This document shows positions 12,618-24,866 of a DNA stretch of 64,000 nucleotides, in pieces. The notes under the pieces are model-generated. The model worked only from the letters and a program-made list of their open reading frames with translations, was not told where the DNA came from and searched no databases. This stretch comes from Lingula anatina. Its lineage: Eukaryota; Animalia; Brachiopoda. The stretch is taken from contig CM120646.1 in assembly GCA_051362555.1 (NCBI GenBank), positions 8,246,001 to 8,310,000 on the forward strand, given 5' to 3'. The stretch's first letter is position 1. Every line of letters starts with the position of its first letter. The position numbers and the translations under genes were made by a program.

Positions 12618-15600
12618 ATGTACGCCTGTGCAAAGATCGCTTCTCCCTTGTCAAGGACAGTAAGTATCATTTGCCATTGTACGTGATGTTAAAATTAGTG
12701 TTTGTCATGATTTAATTTTAATAAGAAGTTTGAAAGTTAAATTCCAAAATGGCGGATGCAGCTTTTATCAATGTCGAAAACTGGGCTAAATTTATTATAT
12801 CAACTTGAGGTCTTAAAATATATTTGCAGTGTTTGTTTTCCAAGTGTCTGTATGTAATGCTTAGAATACAGTCACATCGTTAAAACTTAATTCGAACAGT
12901 AGTTCAACAGATCCAGAATGCCCTAAATTGAGCTAGATTATCACGTCAAGACGTTTTGTGTGAGGGTACTTTACTAAATTGATGTGGCTCAACATATTTG
13001 ATACCAGACCTTAGTGTCCTATATGTGTAAAGAACAATTTTCCCAAATGCTTATAGTTGCTTTTAATTGACTGAGTGGGTAGATAAAATATATGTTTATC
13101 ACAATAATTTGGGATTTTCTGTTCTTTTGAAGATACGTTTGGTATGGATAGAACTATTGCCTATCACTAGTAGTAAAATTGTTTTAAATTGCTTTTTGCT
13201 TTTTTTTGTTTGTCAGTTGGTAAGCAGACAGAATCAGATTGTCAGACCAATCAGCACTGCCTTTACAAACACAAGGACACAGGAAACGGTAAGGGTGCAT
13301 AAGAAAGTTCTGGTATCTTGTGTAAATAATGTTGGCATCTTGAAATAAAATATTCCATGATATCTCAAATATTCCCTCAGTGTTTTATTTACAATTTGGA
13401 ACTAGAGAGTCAGATGACTCGCTGACACTGCAGATTACGAGTCATTTTTTATTTTCAGGAGTCAAAATTTTCCCGCCTTTTTGGAATGGGTAATTGTACC
13501 ACCAGCGTTAGCGCTGGCGGTACACATGGTTTCGGTCTCGTCCGGATCGTTCCGCCGGCTCCGCCGGCTCCGCCGGACGGCTACCGTTACCGCTTCTCCT
13601 CCTAGACGGTAAGGCCCCCCATACCCATCTCATGGATTTAGGTCACCTATAATCTCAACTCGTTCCACGTAAAATTTGGGCTTTGTCGGTATTGGGGTCT
13701 GGGTGTGGCACTCATTGCAATGCACCCTTGTCCAAAAATGGCAAAATTAAATGCTAATTATCTACCCTACGGAAGGAGTTACGGGAAAAATTTCTACAGA
13801 CGGCTTTCCAAAAGTCATATGTGTAGATTTCAAATATACCCTCGGATTTGACCTTTGACCTTTACTTCAAGGTCAAATGGGCCAAAATTTTCAAAAAAAT
13901 GAAATTTTTTACGAAAAAAAAATTTTTTGCCCTGTTATTCAGACACCACACAGACTTAACCAATAATATTATTGGAAAGTGTTACCCTTCAGGTCATCTT
14001 TCATCTCCGTGAATTTGGGGTCAATCGGTGCATTTTCACAGGAGTAGCGGCCATAAGATACCGAAACTGAAAACTGTCTCTAATTCGGGAACCGTTAATG
14101 CTAGAGACCCATTCTTTTTTGCATTTTGTAGAGCATGTAAAGCCCAACACTGGAGGTGGTCTCGGTTTTTTTGTATTCCATACGGTTTTCGAGTTACGCT
14201 GTATCAAAAAGTACATATTGGTGGTGAAAGGAAAATGTACGGAAGCCCACTGGTGCCATATGTAGAAAAAAAAATTATCTCGAAATTTCGAGATACTATT
14301 TTGAAATTTGAACAAAAAAATTTACCACCAGCGTTAGCGCTGGCGGTACACATGGTTTCGGTCCCGTCCGGTCCGTTCCGCCGGCTCCGCCGCCATGTTA
14401 CCGTTACCGCTTCTCCTCCTAGACGGTAAGGGCCCCCGTACCCATCTCATGGATTTAGGTCACCTATAATCTCAACTCATTCCACGTAAAATTTGGGCTT
14501 TGTCGGTATTGGGGTCTGGGTGTGGCACTCATTGCAATGCACCCTTGTCTAAAAATGGCAAAATTAAATGCTAATTATCTACCCTACAGAAGGAGTTACG
14601 GGAAAAATTTCTATAGACGGCTTTCCAAAAGTCATATGTGTAGATTTCAAATATACCCTCGGATTTGACCTTTGACCTTTACTTCAAGGTCAAATGGGTC
14701 AAAATTTTCAAAAAAATGAAATTTTTTACGAAAAAAAATTTTTTTGCCCTGTTATTCAGACGCCACACAGACTTAACCAATAATATTATTGGAAAGTGTT
14801 ACCCTTCAGGTCATCTTTCATCTCCGTGAATTTGGGGTCAATCGGTGCATTTTCACAGGAGTAGCGGCCATAAGATACCGAAACTGAAAACTGTCTCTAA
14901 TTCGGGAACCGTTAATGCTAGAGACCCATTCTTTTTTGCATTTTGTAGAGCATGTAAAGCCCAACACTGGAGGTGGTCTCGGTTTTTTTGTATTCCATAC
15001 GGTTTTCGAGTTACGCTGTATCAGAAAGTACATATTGGTGGTGAAAGGAAAATGTACGGAAGCCGACTGGTGCCATATGTAGAAAAAAAAAATTATCTCG
15101 AAATTTCGAGATACTATTTTGAAATTTGAACAAAAAAAATTTTTATCTCGAAATTTCGAGATAGCATTTTGAAATTTGAACAAAAAAAAAATTATCTCGA
15201 AATTTCGAGATAGCATTTTGATATTTGAGCAAAAAAATTTATCTCGAAATTTCGAGATAGTATTTTGAAATTTGAACAAAAAAAATGCTATCTCGAAATT
15301 TCGAGATAATTTTTTTTTTCAACATATGGCACCAGTCGGCTTCCGTAAAAATGTGCAGTACGGTAATGGATAATAAATTTTGAACTCCGGAAAAATAAAA
15401 CATAATGCTTGGCAAAGCAGACAACTTGTGGTCAAAAATGACATTATTTTATCAAATTTAAACTTCTGCAACTTCAGAGAACCTCCCATTTCAAGAACTT
15501 TGACCAAAATGACCTTTTCTTTATTTTAATTAATTTTTTCTGTAGGAAATTTATGGCACATTATGGTAACTCCAAAATTATAACATTTAGTCCCTTATAT

Positions 15601-18600
15601 CTCCAAAACTGGCAGAGATAGGTCCATAGTTACTATTGAAGTTGAATAGGAAGTCATATACTGGCAATCTTACTGTGACCTTGACATTGACCTTTGACCT
15701 ACTTTTCACCATGAACTGAACTTTGCAAATTTTGCTTCCCTTTTATCTCCAAAACTGGCAGAGATAAGTCCATAGTTACTATTGAAGTTGAATAGGAAGT
15801 CATATACTGGCAATCTTACTGTGACCTTGAAATTGACCTTTGACCTACTTATCACCATGAACTGAACTTTGCAAATTTTGCTTCCCTTTTATCTCCAAAA
15901 CTGGCAGAGATAGGTCCATAGTTACTATTGAACTTGAATAGGAAGTCATATACTGGCAATTTTACTGTGACCTTGAAATTGACCTTTGACCTACTTTTCA
16001 CCTTGAACTGAACTTTGCAAAATTTGCTTCCCTTTTATCTCCAAAACTGGCAGAGATAGGTCCATAGTTACTATTGAACTTGCATAGGAAGTCATATACT
16101 GGCAATTTTACTGTGACCTTGAAATTGACCTTTGACCTTCTTTTCACCATGAACTGAACTTTGCAAATTTTGCTTCCCTTTTATCTCCAAAACTGGCAGA
16201 GATAGGTCCATAGTTACTATTGAAGTTGAATAGGAAGTCATATACTGGCAATCTAAATGTGACCTTGAAATTGACCTTTGACCTACTTTTCACCATGAAC
16301 TGAACTTTGCAAATTTTGCTTCCCTTTTATCTCCAAAACTGGCAGAGATAGGTCCATAGTTACTATTGAAGTTGAATAGGAAGTCATATACTGGCAATCT
16401 TACTGTGACCTTGAAATTGACCTTTGACCTACTTATCACCATGAACTGAACTTTGCAAATTTTGCTTCCCTTTTATCTCCAAAACTGGCAGAGATAGGTC
16501 CATAGTTACTATTGAAGTTGAATAGGAAGTCATATACTGGCAATCTTACTGTGACCTTGAAATTGACCTTTGACCTACTTTTCACCATGAACTGAACTTT
16601 GCAAATTTTGCTTCCCTTTTATCTCCAAAACTGGCAGAGATAGGTCCATAGTTACTATTGAAGTTGGATAGGAAGTCATATACTGGCAATTTACTGTGAC
16701 CTTGAAATTGACCTTTGACCTACCTTACAATGAACTTAACTTTGATTGCACCATTTTTAGTTATATATATTTTTTGCATATTTTGAAAATTCTTGTTGAT
16801 TGCATTTTTACAGCTTGTCAAGCACAAGACTGGTGGCTGCACCCCTTATTTTGTGTATGTTGGGGTCTATACGAATGCGCTTGCTCCAGCTGGTGGTACA
16901 ATATTCGGAGGCGGTATCGCCTCTCTGATCCTCTAGTTTTAACTAGTAATGATGCGTACAACCATATATTATGTAAACAGATTGTATATGAATTGAGGTT
17001 GTTTATTTGTAATTGTTATATCCCAGACTAAAAGTATAGAATTCTATCTACAGGAACTGAAGAATACAAAAAAAAAAAAACAGCTTTTGTATAAGTGTAT
17101 TCAACATATGACAACAAACACACTAATAGTCATACAACTTCAAAATGATATGGACAAAAGTATGCATTTTGATTTGTTTTTTCTAACAAAAACCGTTAAA
17201 ACAAAGGATTACTAACATGATTAAACCTAAAGGTAGATATATGAACAAAAAATCACCAAGATAAACAATAAATTAAAATTGATATGGATAAACTTTGTGT
17301 TGACTAGTATGTAAAAAAATTTTCAAAAATTATATGGACATAAATGGAAAACAATTTATATAGGAGGGAATAAGATTGTCAAACACAAAAAAGTAGATAA
17401 ATGAAGACAAGGAATTTCAATAGATAATTACTATGGCAATAACAAATTATATTCCAATCTGGAAAAATTATGTTTTGACTATTAAACATAAAAACACAAT
17501 ACTAGACATTTCACCTGTGATTTTATACACGTAGTGTAACATATTTTAACCATTTAGAGTAATCTCTGTCACCAGTTTGCGGACTAAACTGTTTTTTATG
17601 TCAAACCAATTACATTTGGATCTTAAAACACAATAAAATATTTAAATTGAATTTAAAAACCCGTATTGTGCCTATAGCAGCATTGTACTAGTAGTGTACT
17701 ATCGGTGGCAAGTTGACATACTTTTTTGCAACACAACAACGATCGGAAATAGGCCTACTAGTACATGTAGGTTTTTAATCGGCAATATTACAACAATTTT
17801 GAAAGTAATTAGTTGTGGCTGTCATACATTAGGGTCAAATGACGCACTAGATCATATTTTTTTGCGTCAATTTTAGGATTCATGCGTTTTTTACGCATGA
17901 CGCAGAGGTAAATAAAACACTGTTCCCTGTTATACTCTAGTCTTTAGTCTGTAGTGGTCTATCTTGCCAACCAGTCCTTTCTTTCACTGTTAATTTTGTT
18001 GATATACTGTTTGTCACAAATTTCTATAAAATCTGTGCTGAAAATTCAGTGCTATGTCACATATTCAATAACTCTTTCTTGACAGTTGGATGATGTAAGT
18101 CTATGAAATATGTATGCTGTACTTCCTCTATATTATACACTGTTGTTTCAGACACCATGCAGCACAGTCGCCACCATGAATTCGGCAGCACCATTGTCTG
18201 TGTTGGCATCCCAGGTAATAAATATTATTGAAATTGAGCGAAGTGTTTTTACTTCTTGGAGAGTTAAGTTCTAAATTGTGTCAAGAATTCAAAGTACACT
18301 AAAGAGGCATGCTTGTTAATATTTGACAAGTTTATCAGTCACTGCAAAAACTGGGGGAATGCTGGTCCTGCCAAGGTGTTTCACTGATGCCTGTCAAATT
18401 TTGCCATGCCTTTTTCCCACCTTGCTGCAAATGCTTTTTGCTCCTGCCTGTTCCATATTTTCTAAAGTGCTGTATATCCTGTTTCCATAGATCCGTAGTT
18501 TCCAGACCAGTGTATCCAGGAGAGACATTGATCAGGCCGCCAAGTACATTGGTGCTGGAGCAGCTACAGTAGGAGCAGCAGGATCAGGTACGATATGCTT

Positions 18601-19020
18601 AGTGGAATGCTAGAATGTGTGTCAAAGTAATTCTTGAAAGGGTGCTGACAGTCTGTGACCTTTATTGACATTCTTAATGTGTTGTAAGTGACTGATGTAC
18701 AAATGACCTTAGGTGCATTGGCAAATTGAAAGAGGGGAGTTCACTGCAAGATTTCAGGTTGGAATAAAATTAAGTATTAGAATAAATTTAAAGTGTTCTA
18801 CCTTTTTCTGTATTTATGATGCATATTAACACGTTCTTCATAATTTTCCTTTGTAGGTGCTGGTATCGGCAGTGTATTTGGCTCTTTAGTAATAGGATAT
18901 GCAAGAAACCCATCCCTGAAACAACAGCTTTTCTCCTATGCCATTCTAGGATTTGCTATGAGTGAAGCTATGGGGCTCTTCTGTCTTATGATGGCCTTTT
19001 TGCTGCTGTATGCCTTCTAA
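12618..19020 (+). CDS. ATP5MC: Mitochondrial ATP synthase Fo subunit c precursor, 5 coding exons, 145 aa
   Basis: Exons 12618-12659, 13217-13288, 18152-18214, 18491-18587, 18857-19020 (438 nt). Presequence ends [10 protein letters not shown]. Mature peptide is [75 protein letters not shown]. Confidence 0.96.
13497..15130 (+). repeat. ~826-bp direct duplication of the 5' part of the HINE element
   Basis: TACCACCAGCGTTAGCGCTGGCGGTACAC starts at 13497 and again at 14323. The two copies are nearly identical, with scattered substitutions. Confidence 0.92.
15057..15345. mobile_element. TA-flanked MITE (Tc1/mariner-type target) nested in the HINE, with internal ~49-bp palindromic repeats
   Basis: TA|CGGAAGCCGACTGGTGCCATATGT ... 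ACATATGGCACCAGTCGGCTTCCG|TA. Five copies of the palindrome TATCTCGAAATTTCGAGATA. A truncated left half sits at 14240-14322. Confidence 0.8.
15592..16745 (+). repeat. 146-bp tandem repeat (satellite-like), ~8 copies
   Basis: CTCCAAAACTGGCAGAGATA recurs at 15601, 15747, 15893, 16039, 16185, 16331, 16477 and 16623 (exact period 146). Confidence 0.97.
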
Positions 19021-19498
19021 ATAAGGTGGTGATTAGGACGCTTTTCAAATGTATTCTGTTATGATAAAAAGATAATAACCTATTCTTTAGACCGAAAAGT
19101 TTGTGATTGAAGATTTTGTGTCACTGCACTATTATATTCCTAGAGACTGCAGTTAAGTTTCCAAAGAAACGACTAAGGTGTGTTAGGGGATCCCTCCAGA
19201 TGACCAGCTTGATCGAGTTCTTTGTAACTACCTGTAGTTCTCCTGAAGTCACAGCATCAGACAATTATTGTTAGGGTTTGAAATGGATTTTGTTTGATAT
19301 TTACGCTGAAATAAGACTTGCACCGGGTACTAAATGGAAATATTGTCATGAGGTCGACATATGTGGCCTATATACAATGGCCCGTTTCATGTGGTTTCTG
19401 AGAGGGAAAAAAAACTTGTATAGATAAAATCATAAAATGTTTGTTTGTTGCTGACTATAGATGAGGTGATTGTCGTCAGCCTATGAGAAAACGTTGCC

Positions 19499-19504
19499 AA
19501 TAAA
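19499..19504 (+). terminator. Probable polyadenylation signal of ATP synthase c
   Basis: AATAAA followed by GT/T-rich sequence, about 480 nt after the stop codon. Confidence 0.55.
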
Positions 19505-19856
19505 AGGTATGTCGAGTTAACTTTGGTCTTGTGTTTTCATTGCTGAAATTCAGACGTGATTTTCAAAGTAAATTTTAAATTTGGATATGGTAACGTGCAC
19601 GGATTCATGAGCGTGGTGATCACTTTTGGTACAACTTTGTTAAGGTGGCTTGATTCTACATTCGAACGTAGATCTCTAATTATATGTTAGAATAAAGCGT
19701 AACTTGACTGCCCCTTTACCAGAGACGCTGATACCAGATATTCACAGGTATGTCTCTGCTGTGAGGAAAGTGCCCAATTCATCTGCGTCCCTGGTAAGAG
19801 TAACGTAACTGCATCACAAAAATGATTATATTACCAATTCCACCTCGGGTTGTATG

Positions 19857-19996
19857 TACCCTCTACCAGGGCCGCAGTTATTATTGTGGACATTTTTTTT
19901 TTTGCTGAGGCGACAGACCAAAATTAGTTTCTATTTATCTAGAGACATATCTGTGAATACATGTGAAAAGTCAATCTGCCGCACTGGTAGAGGGTA
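19857..19996 (+). mobile_element. ~135-bp MITE family A, copy 1
   Basis: Ends TACCCTCTACCA / TGGTAGAGGGTA. Shares the internal GGGCCGCAGTTATTAT..GTGGACATTTT with copies at 47381 and 49781. Confidence 0.75.
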
Positions 19997-20760
19997 GGTG
20001 GTTTGCACGGTAGGATATCTTGAGCAACATGGCGAGGGATTTCGGTCGGTTCACCCCCAAGTTCAAAGATGTTACAATCTATTTGCAGAATGAGCTGATA
20101 ATAGAGGATAGTTTCCAGTTGACCCCTGAAACTTTAAGTGGGTCTGTTTGAACCAGCGATAGGATTTCTTATCTTAGTGGGTGTTGAGGGTAATTAGAAC
20201 TTTTTCATCGTGCCTTAGTAACGAATACAATGCCGAGCACAAGACGCGTACGCTGGTGTTTTTTTTTTTTAACTTGAGGAAAAAACATTATTTTGAAAGC
20301 AGTCGAACTGGGAAGGAGTGTAGGTAAATTTACCTAGGATCCAGATCTTACCCATTAAAATCGTGGGTCCATGATAAAACCGATGTTCTTAACGTATGTG
20401 ATGTTTTTTTCCCCTATTGTAACCCTTGTATTCAGATTGCGTAATTCTGATATTTTGTTCTATTCCATTTACGTGAGGATTCGAGTTTGATACTGTTCAT
20501 ATAAGTTTCAGCTAAGAGCAAGTAGAAAATCCGTTCAAACAAGATTTGAGTTAAAAAGAACAACAGTTTAAGTATTAAAATAGGTGTCGACTAAAACGAA
20601 CATGTAGACTATCGTATACCTAATGCTACGTGAACTGCATTTCGAGAGAAAACGGAAGCACGGGTTGGTGAAAAGCAATTTAACTCGAATAAAGGTGATT
20701 TCTCCGCAAAAAAATATATTCAACTAATATTTCCCTGCGGTAAACAGTACTTTCCTGACA

Positions 20761-21055
20761 CAGTGGCGGATTTAGGGAGGGTGTCAGGTGGGTCCTGACC
20801 CCTCCCCCCCCCCCCCCCCCCTCTCTTCAATTTCTGAAAAAAAATTACACCAATGGTCTTTTCTTGAAATTACAATTTTTACTAGGTGAATCATAGTTCT
20901 AAATCACACCAAATGGCACCGGTCGCCCTCTTAAATACCAAATTTTTTGGGGGCCCTCCAGCGAGCCCCAAACCCCACGCCAAGGGGGGTAGGGTCGGCT
21001 TTGAATCTGCACCCCCCCCCCCCCTCCCGCTCAAATAATCCTGGATCCGCCCCTG
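20761..21055. mobile_element. Non-autonomous DNA transposon with CAG..CTG termini and 5-bp TSD
   Basis: Imperfect TIRs CAGTGGCGGATTTAGG / CCTGGATCCGCCCCTG, flanked by TGACA on both sides, with internal poly-C tracts. Confidence 0.75.
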
Positions 21056-23190
21056 TGACACTTGCCAAAAAAGTATTACTTATCCATAGGGATGTTCAAC
21101 AAGAGACTTTAAAGTAAAAATCGTGCGTTTAAAATCTTACACTTTATTCCTTTTAAGTCGATCATCAGTTGTGCAATTTGAGATTTGCAAACTCCAGACC
21201 CGTCTGCTTGGCGGATTAAGGATATTTGAAGAAGACGAAACTGGAACCAATTGAATTTTAACATCATGTTAAGATCTTTTCATTTATTTCTTTACTTATT
21301 CATTTTTATTTTAGCCAAGAAGGAGATTTAATTGACGACGAAATATTGAAGAGCAATAACTCTTATCTTAGTTGTAGAGTGAAGAAATGTTCAAATTCCC
21401 TCCCATTATGGATTTTTCAAACGCAACACCGGCGAATTTAAATGCACAGTAAAAACTCCTGTTTACATTGCGTGGTTTTTTTTTTTTTTTTTTTGCTTTG
21501 TTCAGTAGCAGGAGTGTAAGTGTAGCCGGGCTTATTATTATTTTGTCAGTGATTGGGATAAATCTAGTCACAGAAATAAAACACAAGTCTCAGTTAGTTT
21601 CCAGAATCTGTATTGAACTATTTCCCCGATAAATGAAACACCTAAACGGAGTCCGCTCATACAATTATTGGGCCGTCTCTCCTTCTATCCTAGAATATAA
21701 ATAACACAAAAATAGTAATTATCAAAAATACCAAGTTATGTAAGAATATTACGTAATTCAGACGTAATACGACGAACACTAATTGTCTCTTATCCATACA
21801 TACAACATGAGTGGTAGGAGCCTACGTGTAACAGCATAGGTCGCATTCAATGATCTTCCCATGTTAATGTACGATCTCAACTACCGCATCTACTCTCCTC
21901 CAGCGGAGGCTATTCGTTGGGTTCGTCACTTATCACTTCAATGCAGACTAACAGTAAAACAACTACCACTATTATGATAAATCAGTGTACTAAAATACAG
22001 CGAGCACACCGCACGCGTCAAGGCAATGCCAACCTAAACACAACCGTACTAGCGTTCGCTAATGACCCGTTACAAACATGACCTGACAACTATGACATAA
22101 TACCCTGAGCGCCTTTGTTCTAGCAAAAGCGGCATTATTCATTGAAATGTTAAATAAAACGCCAGTAATTCATTCCTTTTAGAGCACTGTAGGAAACAAC
22201 GCACAATCTATTACTGTATTAATGTGCTAACAAAAGTAGAAAACGCCAAGTTACGATCTATAGATGTCGGTAGTGCTTAACTGCATTAACTGGAGCTAGA
22301 CTTTTTAACGTACGCAAAGTCAATTTTACATACCACTATAGTAAACTTGAAACTTACTTTAACTTTAAAGTAATAATTATTTACTATGCTTATTTTCTAT
22401 TCTGTTTCGCTGGCTCGTTTACTCTAATTTTCCTCCGTTTTTTTTTTTTTTTTTTTTTTTTCTTCGATGAGAAATTTACTACTGGATACTGCTCCACGTT
22501 AAAGACAAAATGCGAAATCAGCGGATGAGACTAAAAACAAAGGAATTTCAGTGACCAATAAAATATTGGTTTCGCTCATCAAGGGAATCTGGCCACCCTT
22601 GACGCCAGTAAACGCACCAAGCCCCCGGTTAGCGAACAAAAGGGCATCGGCCGCTCCCTAGACTTCCATTGTGCTGACCCGCACATCTATCGCAATACTT
22701 ACATAAGTTTTTTTTTTCATTTTAGCCAAATTGAACAATAATACGCCGCATATGATTTTGTTTTGGGGTTGAGGCAAATATTCAAGACATCGACAAGTCA
22801 GATGGTTTTTTTTCCTCAATCTATATCGGTTTAGCTGCTTCGATTTAAGCTCAGCTTGGTGTGTTGCTTCAGAAGAGCGCCTAAATTTTTTAGCATCTTG
22901 CGAAACTACTTAGAAATTTAGAGTAAAAATTTTGACTCTTCTTAGTTTAGCATTACGTTCTAACGTATTACAGACACGGAGCAATAAATGCTCAGTAAGG
23001 AAGCGACTCTGGCTAATTGAACTATCATCGTAACAACTGCAAAACTTAGAGAGGAAACGTAAGTACAAATATACCCCGTCCACTTCATAGTCCAACTTGG
23101 AATGTTCGCCACGGACTTTGAGTTCCAGGGTGCAAAATAAGCAGGTCCTTGATAATCTGCGCTCTGTCAGATAATATATGTCTAGCGACA

Positions 23191-23501
23191 ATGGAAACCG
23201 GTGGGCTTGTTATCAGAATCGTCCTCGGCATTCTTGTGGCTTATTTTGTCTATAAATACGCCAAAGATTGGAGAGAGACCGTCCCCAAGCCAGGAGATGT
23301 CCTTGGAGACTTGAAGCCCATGGGTTCTGAGCGATTACGAGGACATACAGGGGAATTTAAACAAAGCGTAGTCAAGGTAGATCTAGGCTTTTCGGTGGAG
23401 GTCTCAGTCATTTGAGGGGCGGGTTGCCTCAAAACAAATCAGTACTGGATTAACTCATGATAACGTGAGCATTTTTAAACGCATGGTTCGTGCACACATA
23501 C

Positions 23502-23537
<36 letters not shown>

Positions 23538-24332
23538 GTGACACACACACCACTTGATAATGTGTTTTGTTGTTAATGATATTTATCTGTCCTATATGGC
23601 ATATCAATGTCACAGGTGCATGCCATTTCTGCCTCAAAATCTGTTCTCTGTCTCCTTTAGAGCAGATATAATCCGTGTATTGTGACGTTTAGTGCTACTA
23701 GAAATTAAAAAACACTTTCGAAGCGACAATTCACCTCGTTTATTCAACTGGCATCTTCGAAAATATAGAAATTGCTGTTTGTGTGTCATGTCAATAAAAC
23801 CTGTTTAGTGTGACCTATATGTTCTAGTACCAGCATCAGTGGGTCAAAATATAGAACGCTATTTACCAGTCTTCCGTAGAGGTGGCCAAGTGCATATAAA
23901 AGCGGATGTAGTAACAGAAAAAATATAAAAAATTATTATTGACCTTAAAGGCAAAGGTGGCCATTGATTGTCATGTTCTGTTGAAATGTCTCATTAACAG
24001 GTTGCAATGGTAACTTTCTACCTTTTTGCACAACGAATCATTATACGGTAACTACGTAACTTTGATAATTCAGCCTTTTGGAACTAAACTCTAGTTTACA
24101 TGAGCAAAAAAGCTACATATTTTTCCCGACCCACATTGCCCATTATATAGCTTCTCCGCTGTCTTCTCCAACTATAATTTTTAATTGTAAAAGAAAAAAT
24201 AATAATATAATAATAATAACTTTTTTCTTAAAAAAAAAGAAGCTAAATAGCATTTTACATTTTCGGCTACCAAAACTAAAACATATATATCATATATTAA
24301 TGAATTGATTATTATTATTTTTATTATTATTA

Positions 24333-24373
<41 letters not shown>

Positions 24374-24773
24374 TAATGCTGAATTACTGATGGATTGCAT
24401 AGGCACAGACCTGTCCTTAACCATTGCTTTTCAACAAATTTATGAGAGAGAAAAGGATACGTGATGATTATTCTATTAATTTATTTTAATTAAATTCTAC
24501 TTTGTTAGAAAATATTTCATGATCTATTTATCTTTTGCTAAATGTATTTTAGGTGACAGACGGGGTCTACGTTGCCATTGGGTATGCTCTGGCAAACTCC
24601 ATTTTGATTGAAGCACCTGAGGGAGCTATAGTAGTGGACGTCACAGAAAGTCTTGAAAGTGCCCGCATGGTCTATGATGCATTCCGGAAAGTCACAAAGT
24701 CCCCAATTAAGGCTTTGATTTATACACATAATCATGCTGATCACATTTATGGAGGAGAAGTGAGCACTTCTTT

Positions 24774-24866
<93 letters not shown>

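Larger units (their letters stand above)
13494..16937 (+). mobile_element. Non-autonomous Helentron-derived element (HINE/DINE-1-like) in an ATP synthase c intron
   Basis: 5' subterminal repeat TTGTACCACCAGC (13494-13506) is followed by its near-inverse GCTGGCGGTACA and a CCG/GTCC-rich microsatellite. 3' subTIR GCTGGTGGTACAA (16889-16901), short palindrome GAGGCGGTATCGCCTC (16908-16923), and end CTAG into a T run. Internal tandem array contains TGACCTTTGACC motifs. Confidence 0.8.

Noticed and set aside
14001-15507. Duplicated ORFs of 60-153 aa on both strands
   Set aside because: They lie in the duplicated HINE head and palindromic MITE repeats, and show no transposase, Rep or helicase motifs.
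15592-16745. Regular array considered as CRISPR-like
   Set aside because: Units are contiguous near-identical 146-mers with no unique spacers, there are no cas genes, and the context is a eukaryotic intron.
23790-24010. Possible decayed Tc1/pogo-type MITE (GGTGGCC repeats, ACAGGTT end)
   Set aside because: Too degenerate to define TIRs or a TSD.
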